A stretch of DNA of 15,171 bases from a bacterium (GCA_965233585.1 CBDDTI010000448.1:1-15171); one strand, 5' to 3'; shown: positions 1-10,522, counted from the stretch's first letter. A program made the numbers and translations. The notes: generated by a model not told the origin, from the letters alone.

Positions 1-2
1 AC

Positions 3-2549
3 ATGAAAAAACGCAGACTTTCGGCCGAACTCAACTGGATAAAACGACTACAGACGCCATATCCTCTTGGCCTTAATGATCAGATCTACCAACAAGGGAA
101 CATATCATCCGTTCGCTCAAATATTAACGTCTTCTCATTGAAACCAGATGTTCGCAGAAAGCGTCGATCTCATGGTGTACGTCGCAATGGTCTCTCTAGG
201 AGAAAACAAAGACTGAATAGGTCCTTGGATGACCTTCTACGAATCGCCAAAAATAACGGTCGACACGAGCTCTTACATGCACTCTCTTCTATTCCGGTAT
301 CTCGAATGAAACCAATCCTGGATGAGGCAGACCGCAGAAGTTTACGACATTCAGATTGATTCAAACTTAAAATGATTATGGCTTTTTCGTTTAATAAACT
401 CTTTCCCCGCATACCTCCACTTCCTCCTTAAACACAGTTTATCAAAATTAAGTTCGTTAATCACGGCTTGGACTTGCTTAATATTTCCAACAGTTTCAGG
501 GATCACAGAGTCACCTCTAAAATCCCTCAGTATTTCGAGAATCTTGACCCTCCTCTTATTTGCTATCAGTACAAAAGTCCTATTCGAAATATCATTTTCA
601 ACTACAACCAAGTAACTTCTGATCCTGATGTTCTGAGTTCCATTCAGCCATCATGATCTTGTGCGGACTCACCGTTTCTGTATCCACCTGCTGGACATGT
701 TGTCACCGGTGACCTTACTTGTATTCCTGATAAAGGATTACGGTCTCTCTTTAAGAAAGGGCCTAAATACAGACTTCCATCCAGGATTGATTTTACTAAG
801 TGCCGGGATATTGTCGAGGATGCACTTCAGACGTATTGTAAACGTTGGTCCAAAAAGGAAGGCGTCGGAGTGCATGCCCTTAACGACTGGAAAAATGAAT
901 TTTTACGCATTATTGACATAAGAATAGACAATTTTACTAAACACCCACATTTGTTCAAACAGCCATCCAGTCGTTCAGTGAAGTCATTGAAAAAGAAAAT
1001 GGAGAAATTACACCGTAAATATGTCTTTGCTCCTGCCGATAAAGCAGCGAATAACGTGATCATTATTTGAAAAAGACACTACGTAGAGGTTTTGAAGGGT
1101 GAATTAAATTCTACGAGTACATACGCACCTGCTCAGTTGACGAAAGACCAACTTCTTGTGCATCATATCAATACTCTCACGAAAATAGATGTCAAAATTG
1201 ATAAATGTGAACTGCCTACATTTTATTGGTTGCCAAAATTACACAAACGTCCTTATAAATCACGTTTTATATCAAATTCAAGTCACTGCTCTACTACCAT
1301 TCTTTCGAAGCATATTACATCTGCTCTGACAGCTGTCAAAGATCATGTTATAAAGTACAGTGAAACTGCTTTTAGCAATAGTAATGTCAATTATTTTTGG
1401 TCCATTAAAAACTCTTCCGAGGTCATCGAAAAGTTGCGACTGCGTAACTTTCGGGGTTCTCAGGTATCTTCTTTCGACTTTTCTACTTTATACACCTCAT
1501 TGCCACATGATCTTATCAAAGCAAAAGTGTTGTCTCTTGTCAACTGGTGTTTCAACAGAGAGTCAAAAACGTACCTCTGTACTTCAGATAAGGCAGGGTT
1601 TTTTAGCAACAAGAAATATGACTCGTATAAATGTTGGTCTTGCGCGGAGTTATGTGAAGCTTTTACTTTCCTCATGGAAAACATATATGTGCAATTTGAT
1701 GGCATGGTATATCAACAAATAGTGGGGATTCCTATGGGCACCAATTGTGCTCCACTTATAGCAGATTTATTTTTATATTGTTACGAGAGGGACTTTATGT
1801 CTGACCTTCAAAAGTCGAAACGTTTTGACCTCATAGATATGTTCAACGATACCTCTCGATATCTTGACGATATTTTCACCATCGATAACCCTGAATTTGA
1901 GAAACATATTCCTGATATATATCCAGCTGAACTTCAGTTGAATAAAGCAAATACTTCAGACAAAGAAACTTCTTTCTTAGATTTAAATATAAAAGTTATT
2001 GGTAGTGACATTCATACCAGCGTTTACGACAAACGCGATGACTTCGGATTTCCTATCGTTAATTTCCCATGGTTGAGTGGTGACGTCCCTAGACTCCCAT
2101 CGTACGGTATTTACATTTCGCAGTTAGTTAGATTTGCTAGGTGTTGTACTAGCGTTTTGGATTTCCATTCTAAAAATCTCCAAATTACTTCAAAACTGCT
2201 GACACAGGGTTATAGATATCACAAGCTTCGAAAAACATTTGGAAAGTTCTTTAGATCATACTCTGAACTTCTGTCGAAATTTGGTGATATTTCGTTCCAA
2301 GAATATTTGTCAAAAGGAATCTCTCACCCGGTCTTCTACGGTGATCTAGTTTACAAACTAAGGAGGGTCAAAGACACACCTAATTTCATCTTGTCGGGTT
2401 CGAAAATAGTCAAACGCCTTCGACGACGACAGTATGACCCAGTGATCATCGAGAGGACTATAGGTCTTGTGCTTGGCCCTTCTACAGCCTTGTACGAACC
2501 GTTCCTAAAGCATTGCACTCTGACTAACAAGGCGGTGGGGACTATATGA
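3..2549 (+). pseudogene. Copy 1 EN-RT selenoprotein ORF, partial, with premature TAA
   Basis: One frame with TGA at 357, 654 and 1068 as in the other copies. AAA>TAA at 429-431 (AAA at 4267-4269 in copy 2), plus several private missense changes nearby. Confidence 0.85.
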
Positions 2550-2601
2550 CGGGCCTTGTCCAAACCTCCTCAGAGGCGACAGGGTCCTGATCTTTGTCCC
2601 C
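2537..2601 (+). promoter_or_regulatory. SECIS element, form II (copy 1)
   Basis: Helix I GGGGAC(2537-42)/GTCCCC(2596-2601); core ATGAC(2546-50)/TGAT(2588-91); helix II GGGCCTTGTC(2551-60)/GACAGGGTCC(2578-87); unpaired AAA(2562-64); apical mini-stem CCTC-ctca-GAGG. The basal stem extends with CTGACTAACAA(2520-30)/TTGTTAGTCGG(2607-17). Confidence 0.92.
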
Positions 2602-2784
2602 TCTGATTGTTAGTCGGGACTCCTTCAGCCATCAGACCTGAGCTCGCTTTCAGCCGGGCGGAGCACAGCCGGCCCTATTTGGATGTCGCTAAATATATTT
2701 TTGATATATAATATTTATTAACTATGCTGTGTGTGTATTGATTTTTATGACCTCTCCGCTTGGTGTGGCTGTTGGTTTGTTGTC

Positions 2785-2792
2785 TATATAAG
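2785..2792 (+). promoter_or_regulatory. Candidate TATA box in the 3' UTR/pseudo-LTR (also at 6623, 10354, 13895)
   Basis: TATATAAG matches TATAWAWR. A start ~30 nt downstream (~2815) would fall just before the ribozyme-like structure. Motif match only. Confidence 0.45.
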
Positions 2793-2826
2793 GAGGTTTA
2801 TTTACAAATTTTTAAATGTGTGTCCT

Positions 2827-2953
2827 TTTGATTACACGGCTGTTGCGGGGAGTGGGAAGGTGGGCCCGTAAACCGGTTAACCACACCAGTTGGGTGGCTG
2901 TAGTTACTCCAACTGACCGTCCTAAGTCGGTCCGCAATTGCTGTTTAATCGAA
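2827..2953 (+). ncRNA. Putative twister ribozyme, P5-type circular permutation (copy 1)
   Basis: P5 2830-2848/2932-2950; P2 GTGG(2852-55)/CCAC(2881-84); conserved GA(2856-57); T1 AGG(2858-60)/CCT(2921-23); L1 TAA(2878-80); T2 AC(2885-86)/GT(2926-27); P3 2887-2915; P4 ACCG/CGGT closing loop TCCTAAGT. P1 is weak (GCC/GGT). Folded manually. Confidence 0.75.
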
Positions 2954-3222
2954 CTTTTTTGTGGCGTTGTTTGTGTTGTCACTTTGCCCCTTTGACATTT
3001 CTGTTGGTATAGGGGCTTTTGTCATAGGACTGGGTCAGATCTCCTCCTTTTTGTCTTTATATCTACACTTATTCCCGGCTGCAGTGTGGAGCGTTGTAAC
3101 AAGGTTCCCCGCGTCCGGGTGTTTAAAGTGTCATTATTCATCTCATTCGAGTTCTGACTTAGTTGTGTGATAGATTCCTTTATACTACGGAATCTTTTCC
3201 CCACAATTACCCGAACCCCAAT

Positions 3223-6200
3223 ATGGCTACAAATTTACTGAATTGCAAAAATAGATCACCTCGAGTTTTACTCACTCCTCTTAGATTACCTTCTGTATCT
3301 TCACTTCATCTTCCTGGCGTTTCTTGTAAAAAACTGTTTACTACCACTAAAGTTGCACTTTCTCCCCTTCACTTTGGTTCTCCAAATTCCAAATCTCAGT
3401 CAGTTTCTAACTCGGGTCGGACTGCAAAGTCCTTTCGTCTCACTAATCGTATTAACAGAAGGTTTTCTAAGATATCCACGTGCAATGCTAGGAGATGTTT
3501 AACATGCCACCATATCTCATGCAAGTCAACTATAACATCCTCTATCAATGGCAAAAGATACGGCATCCAAATCGACAAAGACGTTGATTGAAATAGTTCA
3601 AATTTGATATACGTTATTACATGAGAAGCCAGGGGTTGTGGTGCTCAGTACGTCGGCGAAACATCTCAAAGCCTGAAAGGTCGCTTCCGCAGTCATTCGT
3701 TTAAAATCCGAAACAATTCTAGACGCAAATACAAGAACTTCTTATATGACCACTTCATTAAATATAATCATTCCATAGAAAATGTTACTATAACTCCAGT
3801 TGAAATTCTTTCTAAAAAACCTGGTGATTCGAAAAATGACATGAAAAAACGCAGACTTTCGGCCGAACTCAACTGGATAAAACGACTACAGACGCCATAT
3901 CCTCTTGGCCTTAATGATCAGATCTACCAACAAGGGAACATATCATCCGTTCGCTCACACATTAACGTCTTCTCATTGAAACCAGATGTTCGCAGAAAGC
4001 GTCGATCTCATGGTGTACGTCGCAATGGTCTCTCTAGGAGAAAACAAAGACTGAATAGGTCCTTGGATGACCTTCTACGAATCGCCAAAAATAACGGTCG
4101 ACACGAGCTCTTACATGCACTCTCTTCTATTCCGGTATCTCGACTGAAACCAATCCTGGATGAGGCAGACCGCAGAAGTTTACGACATTCAGATTGATTC
4201 AAACTTAAAATGATTATGGCCTTTTCGTTTAATAAACTCTTTCCCCGCATACCTCCACTTCCTCCTAAAACACAGTTTATCAAAATTAAGTTCGTTAATC
4301 AAGGCCTGGACTTGCTTAATATTTCCAACATTTTCAGGGATCACAGAGTCACCTCTAAAATCCCTCAGTATTTCGAGAATCTTGACCCTCCTCTTATTTG
4401 CTATCAGTACAAAAGTCCTATTCGAAATATCATTTTCAACTACAACCAAGTAACTTCTGATCCTGATGTTCTGAGTTCCATTCAGCCATCATGATCTTGT
4501 GCGGACTCACCGTTTCTGTATCCACCTGCTGGACATGTTGTCACCGGTGACCTTACTTGTATTCCTGATAAAGGATTACGGTCTCTCTTTAAGAAAGGGC
4601 CTAAATACAGACTTCCATCCAGGGTTGATTTTACTAAGTGCCGGGATATTGTCGAGGATGCACTTCAGACGTATTGTAAACGCTGGTCCAAAAAGGAAGG
4701 CGTCGGAGTGCATGCCCTTAACGACTGGAAAAATGAGTTTTTACGCATTATTGACATAAGAATAGACAATTTTACTAAACACCCACATTTGTTCAAACAG
4801 CCATCCAGTCGTTCTGTGAAGTCATTGAAAAAGAAAATGGAAAAATTACACCGTAAATATGTCTTTGCTCCTGCCGATAAAGCAGCGAATAACGTGATCA
4901 TTATTTGAAAAAGACACTACGTAGAGGTTTTGAAGGGTGAATTAAATTCTACGAGTACATACGCACCTGCTCAGTTGACGAAAGACCAACTTCTTGTGCA
5001 TCATATCAATTCTCTCACCAAAATAGATGTCAAAATTGATAAATGTGAACTGCCTACATTTTATTGGTTACCAAAATTACACAAACGTCCTTATAAATCA
5101 CGTTTTATATCAAATTCAAGTCACTGCTCTACTACCATTCTTTCGAAGCATATTACATCTGCTCTGACAGCTGTCAAAGATCATGTTATAAAGTACAGTG
5201 AAACTGCTTTTAGCAATAGTAATGTCAATTATTTTTGGTCCATTAAAAACTCTTCCGAGGTCATCGAAAAGTTGCGACTGCGTAACTTTCGGGGTTCTCA
5301 GGTATCTTCTTTCGACTTTTCTACTTTATACACCTCATTGCCACATGATCTTATCAAAGCAAAAGTGTTGTCTCTTGTCAACTGGTGTTTCAACAGAGAG
5401 TCAAAAACGTACCTCTGTACTTCAGATAAGGCAGGGTTTTTTAGCAACAAGAAATATGACTCATATAAATGTTGGTCTTGCGCGGAGTTATGTGAAGCTT
5501 TTACTTTCCTCATGGAAAACATATATGTGCAATTTGATGGCATGGTATATCAACAAATAGTGGGGATTCCTATGGGCACCAATTGTGCTCCACTTATAGC
5601 AGATTTATTTTTATATTGTTACGAGAGGGACTTTATGTCTGACCTTCAAAAGTCGAAACGTTTTGACCTCATAGATATGTTCAACGATACCTCTCGATAT
5701 CTTGACGATATTTTCACCATCGATAACCCTGAATTTGAGAAACATATTCCTGATATATATCCAGCTGAACTTCAGTTGAATAAAGCAAATACTTCAGACA
5801 AAGAAACTTCTTTCTTAGATTTAAATATAAAAGTTATTGGTAGTGACATTCATACCAGCGTTTACGACAAACGCGATGACTTCGGATTTCCTATCGTTAA
5901 TTTCCCATGGTTGAGTGGTGACGTCCCTAGACTCCCATCGTACGGTATTTACATTTCGCAGTTAGTTAGATTTGCTAGGTGTTGTACTAGCGTTTTGGAT
6001 TTCCATTCTAAAAATCTCCAAATTACTTCAAAACTGCTGACACAGGGTTATAGATATCACAAGCTTCGAAAAACATTTGGAAAGTTCTTTAGATCATACT
6101 CTGAACTTCTGTCGAAATTTGGTGATATTTCGTTCCAAGAATATTTGTCAAAAGGAATCTCTCACCCGGTCTTCTACGGTGATCTAGTTTACAAACTAAG

Positions 6201-6387
6201 GAGGGTCAAAGACACACCTAATTTCATCTTGTCGGGTTCGAAAATAGTCAAACGCCTTCGACGACGACAGTATGACCCAGTGATCATCGAGAGGACTATA
6301 GGTCTTGTGCTTGGCCCTTCTACAGCCTTGTACGAACCGTTCCTAAAGCATTGCACTCTGACTAACAAGGCGGTGGGGACTATATGA
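3223..6387 (+). CDS. GIY-YIG endonuclease / reverse transcriptase polyprotein, 1054 aa, with 5 putative selenocysteines (U123, U134, U325, U424, U562)
   Basis: ATG in AATATGG context. Continuous frame except TGA at 3589, 3622, 4195, 4492 and 4906. EN: CNARRCLTC...DUNSSNLIYVITUEARGCGAQYVGET...RFRSH...LYDHF...ELNWIKRLQTPYPLGLN. Linker: USC...GHVVTGDL...KGPKYR. RT: ADKAANNVIIIUK, YWLPKLHK, SFDFSTLYT, GIPMGTNCAPLIADL, RYLDDI, FLDL. Confidence 0.92.
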
Positions 6388-6439
6388 CGGGCCTTGTCCA
6401 AACCTCCTCAGAGGCGACAGGGTCCTGATCTTTGTCCCC
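6375..6439 (+). promoter_or_regulatory. SECIS element, form II (copy 2)
   Basis: Same sequence as 2537-2601. The core TGA at 6385-6387 is the ORF stop. Confidence 0.92.
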
Positions 6440-6664
6440 TCTGATTGTTAGTCGGGACTCCTTCAGCCATCAGACCTGAGCTCGCTTTCAGCCGGGCGGA
6501 GCACAGCCGGCCCTATTTGGATGTCGCTAAATATATTTTTGATATATAATATTTATTAACTATGCTGTGTGTGTATTGATTTTTATGACCTCTCCGCTTG
6601 GTGTGGCTGTTGGTTTGTTGTCTATATAAGGAGGTTTATTTACAAATTTTTAAATGTGTGTCCT

Positions 6665-6791
6665 TTTGATTACACGGCTGTTGCGGGGAGTGGGAAGGTG
6701 GGCCCGTAAACCGGTTAACCACACCAGTTGGGTGGCTGTAGTTACTCCAACTGACCGTCCTAAGTCGGTCCGCAATTGCTGTTTAATCGAA
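6665..6791 (+). ncRNA. Putative P5-type twister ribozyme (copy 2)
   Basis: Same sequence as 2827-2953. Predicted cleavage between 6716 and 6717. Confidence 0.75.
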
Positions 6792-6953
6792 CTTTTTTGT
6801 GGCGTTGTTTGTGTTGTCACTTTGCCCCTTTGACATTTCTGTTGGTATAGGGGCTTTTGTCATAGGACTGGGTCAGATCTCCTCCTTTTTGTCTTTAGTG
6901 ATAGATTCCTTTATACTACGGAATCTTTTCCCCACAATTACCCGAACCCCAAT

Positions 6954-9900
6954 ATGGCTACAAATTTACTGAATTGCAAAAATAGATCACCTCGAGTTTT
7001 ACTCACTCCTCTTAGATTACCTTCTGTATCTTCACTTCATCTTCCTGGCGTTTCTTGTAAAAAACTGTTTACTACCACTAAAGTTGCACTTTCTCCCCTT
7101 CACTTTGGTTCTCCAAATTCCAAATCTCAGTCAGTTTCTAACTCGGGTCGGACTGCAAAGTCCTTTCGTCTCACTAATCGTATTAACAGAAGGTTTTCTA
7201 AGATATCCACGTGCAATGCTAGGAGATGTTTAACATGCCACCATATCTCATGCAAGTCAACTATAACATCCTCTATCAATGGCAAAAGATACGGCATCCA
7301 AATCGACAAAGACGTTGATTGAAATAGTTCAAATTTGATATACGTTATTACATGAGAAGCCAGGGGTTGTGGTGCTCAGTACGTCGGCGAAACATCTCAA
7401 AGCCTGAAAGGTCGCTTCCGCAGTCATTCGTTTAAAATCCGAAACAATTCTAGACGCAAATACAAGAACTTCTTATATGACCACTTCATTAAATATAATC
7501 ATTCCATAGAAAATGTTACTATAACTCCAGTTGAAATTCTTTCTAAAAAACCTGGTGATTCAAAAAATGACATGAAAAAACGCAGACTTTCGGCCGAACT
7601 CAACTGGATAAAACGACTACAGACGCCATATCCTCTTGGCCTTAATGATCAGATCTACCAACAAGGGAACATATCATCCGTTCGCTCACACATTAACGTC
7701 TTCTCATTGAAACCAGATGTTCGCAGAAAGCGTCGATCTCATGGTGTACGTCGCAATGGTCTCTCTAGGAGAAAACAAAGACTGAATAGGTCCTTGGATG
7801 ACCTTCTACGAATCGCCAAAAATAACGGTCGACACGAGCTCTTACATGCACTCTCTTCTATTCCGGTATCTCGACTGAAACCAATCCTGGATGAGGCAGA
7901 CCGCAGAAGTTTACGACATTCAGATTGATTCAAACTTAAAATGATTATGGCCTTTTCGTTTAATAAACTCTTTCCCCGCATACCTCCACTTCCTCCTAAA
8001 ACACAGTTTATCAAAATTAAGTTCGTTAATCAAGGCCTGGACTTGCTTAATATTTCCAACATTTTCAGGGATCACAGAGTCACCTCTAAAATCCCTCAGT
8101 ATTTCGAGAATCTTGACCCTCCTCTTATTTGCTATCAGTACAAAAGTCCTATTCGAAATATCATTTTCAACTACAACCAAGTAACTTCTGATCCTGATGT
8201 TCTGAGTTCCATTCAGCCATCATGATCTTGTGCGGACTCACCGTTTCTGTATCCACCTGCTGGACATGTTGTCACCGGTGACCTTACTTGTATTCCTGAT
8301 AAAGGATTACGGTCTCTCTTTAAGAAAGGGCCTAAATACAGACTTCCATCCAGGGTTGATTTTACTAAGTGCCGGGATATTGTCGAGGATGCACTTCAGA
8401 CGTATTGTAAACGCTGGTCCAAAAAGGAAGGCGTCGGAGTGCATGCCCTTAACGACTGGAAAAATGAGTTTTTACGCATTATTGACATAAGAATAGACAA
8501 TTTTACTAAACACCCACATTTGTTCAAACAGCCATCCAGTCGTTCTGTGAAGTCATTGAAAAAGAAAATGGAAAAATTACACCGTAAATATGTCTTTGCT
8601 CCTGCCGATAAAGCAGCGAATAACGTGATCATTATTTGAAAAAGACACTACGTAGAGGTTTTGAAGGGTGAATTAAATTCTACGAGTACATACGCACCTG
8701 CTCAGTTGACGAAAGACCAACTTCTTGTGCATCATATCAATTCTCTCACCAAAATAGATGTCAAAATTGATAAATGTGAACTGCCTACATTTTATTGGTT
8801 ACCAAAATTACACAAACGTCCTTATAAATCACGTTTTATATCAAATTCAAGTCACTGCTCTACTACCATTCTTTCGAAGCATATTACATCTGCTCTGACA
8901 GCTGTCAAAGATCATGTTATAAAGTACAGTGAAACTGCTTTTAGCAATAGTAATGTCAATTATTTTTGGTCCATTAAAAACTCTTCCGAGGTCATCGAAA
9001 AGTTGCGACTGCGTAACTTTCGGGGTTCTCAGGTATCTTCTTTCGACTTTTCTACTTTATACACCTCATTGCCACATGATCTTATCAAAGCAAAAGTGTT
9101 GTCTCTTGTCAACTGGTGTTTCAACAGAGAGTCAAAAACGTACCTCTGTACTTCAGATAAGGCAGGGTTTTTTAGCAACAAGAAATATGACTCATATAAA
9201 TGTTGGTCTTGCGCGGAGTTATGTGAAGCTTTTACTTTCCTCATGGAAAACATATATGTGCAATTTGATGGCATGGTATATCAACAAATAGTGGGGATTC
9301 CTATGGGCACCAATTGTGCTCCACTTATAGCAGATTTATTTTTATATTGTTACGAGAGGGACTTTATGTCTGACCTTCAAAAGTCGAAACGTTTTGACCT
9401 CATAGATATGTTCAACGATACCTCTCGATATCTTGACGATATTTTCACCATCGATAACCCTGAATTTGAGAAACATATTCCTGATATATATCCAGCTGAA
9501 CTTCAGTTGAATAAAGCAAATACTTCAGACAAAGAAACTTCTTTCTTAGATTTAAATATAAAAGTTATTGGTAGTGACATTCATACCAGCGTTTACGACA
9601 AACGCGATGACTTCGGATTTCCTATCGTTAATTTCCCATGGTTGAGTGGTGACGTCCCTAGACTCCCATCGTACGGTATTTACATTTCGCAGTTAGTTAG
9701 ATTTGCTAGGTGTTGTACTAGCGTTTTGGATTTCCATTCTAAAAATCTCCAAATTACTTCAAAACTGCTGACACAGGGTTATAGATATCACAAGCTTCGA
9801 AAAACATTTGGAAAGTTCTTTAGATCATACTCTGAACTTCTGTCGAAATTTGGTGATATTTCGTTCCAAGAATATTTGTCAAAAGGAATCTCTCACCCGG

Positions 9901-10118
9901 TCTTCTACGGTGATCTAGTTTACAAACTAAGGAGGGTCAAAGACACACCTAATTTCATCTTGTCGGGTTCGAAAATAGTCAAACGCCTTCGACGACGACA
10001 GTATGACCCAGTGATCATCGAGAGGACTATAGGTCTTGTGCTTGGCCCTTCTACAGCCTTGTACGAACCGTTCCTAAAGCATTGCACTCTGACTAACAAG
10101 GCGGTGGGGACTATATGA
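6954..10118 (+). CDS. GIY-YIG endonuclease / RT polyprotein, 1054 aa, 5 putative selenocysteines (copy 3)
   Basis: Same protein blocks as copy 2 at constant offset 3731. TGA at 7320, 7353, 7926, 8223 and 8637; stop at 10116-10118. Confidence 0.92.
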
Positions 10119-10170
10119 CGGGCCTTGTCCAAACCTCCTCAGAGGCGACAGGGTCCTGATCTTTGTCCCC
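10106..10170 (+). promoter_or_regulatory. SECIS element, form II (copy 3)
   Basis: Same sequence as 2537-2601. Confidence 0.92.
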
Positions 10171-10395
10171 TCTGATTGTTAGTCGGGACTCCTTCAGCCA
10201 TCAGACCTGAGCTCGCTTTCAGCCGGGCGGAGCACAGCCGGCCCTATTTGGATGTCGCTAAATATATTTTTGATATATAATATTTATTAACTATGCTGTG
10301 TGTGTATTGATTTTTATGACCTCTCCGTTTGGTGTGGCTGTTGGTTTGTTGTCTATATAAGGAGGTTTATTTACAAATTTTTAAATGTGTGTCCT

Positions 10396-10522
10396 TTTGA
10401 TTACACGGCTGTTGCGGGGAGTGGGAAGGTGGGCCCGTAAACCGGTTAACCACACCAGTTGGGTGGCTGTAGTTACTCCAACTGACCGTCCTAAGTCGGT
10501 CCGCAATTGCTGTTTAATCGAA
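10396..10522 (+). ncRNA. Putative P5-type twister ribozyme (copy 3)
   Basis: Same sequence as 2827-2953. Predicted cleavage between 10447 and 10448. Confidence 0.75.

Larger units (their letters stand above)
1..3059 (+). mobile_element. Naiad-type PLE copy 1 (5' part outside window)
   Basis: Contains the end of the GIY-YIG domain (ELNWIKRLQTPYPLGLND), linker, PLE RT and 3' UTR. The 3' end is taken as ...TTGTCTTTA, shared with copy 2. Confidence 0.93.
3060..6897 (+). mobile_element. Naiad-type PLE copy 2, longest and apparently intact
   Basis: 3838-bp unit with 5' leader, complete EN-linker-RT frame, SECIS and 3' structure. The exact 5' boundary lies somewhere in 3060-3166. Confidence 0.95.

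Noticed and set aside
170..2563. Minus-strand and alternate-frame ORFs (60-146 aa) repeated in each copy
   Set aside because: Shadow ORFs overlapping the real frame, with no recognisable motifs. They recur only because the DNA is repeated.
2747..2800. Second SECIS beginning ATGACCTCTCC
   Set aside because: Only a short CCTC/GAGG pairing, with no GA on the 3' side of the quartet and no correctly placed apical AA.
2930..2960. Stem followed by T6 as a bacterial intrinsic or Pol III terminator
   Set aside because: The context is a eukaryotic retroelement, I saw no A/B boxes, the stem is explained as twister P5, and T-runs are common in this UTR.
3093..3108. GTTGTAACAAGGTTCC resembles the SSU rRNA 3' motif GTCGTAACAAGGTTTCC
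   Set aside because: Short imperfect match with no flanking rRNA similarity; likely chance.
3060..3166. 107-bp difference between junctions as a spliced intron
   Set aside because: The boundaries (TA...GT) are not GT-AG, and other junctions break at unrelated positions.
2550..3222. Hammerhead ribozyme in the pseudo-LTR
   Set aside because: No CTGANGA...GAAA core arrangement found by eye. The structured region fits twister instead.
3589..4908. TGA as Trp (genetic code 4) or simple pseudogene stops
   Set aside because: The TGAs fall at Cys-type positions, Trp uses TGG, all five shared stops are TGA, and a SECIS is present.
4930..6387. Stand-alone 485-aa RT starting at TTG (and the other short + strand ORFs) as separate genes; bacterial retron or group II intron RT
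   Set aside because: These are in-frame segments of one ORF split by TGA codons. The motifs and N-terminal GIY-YIG are PLE-type.
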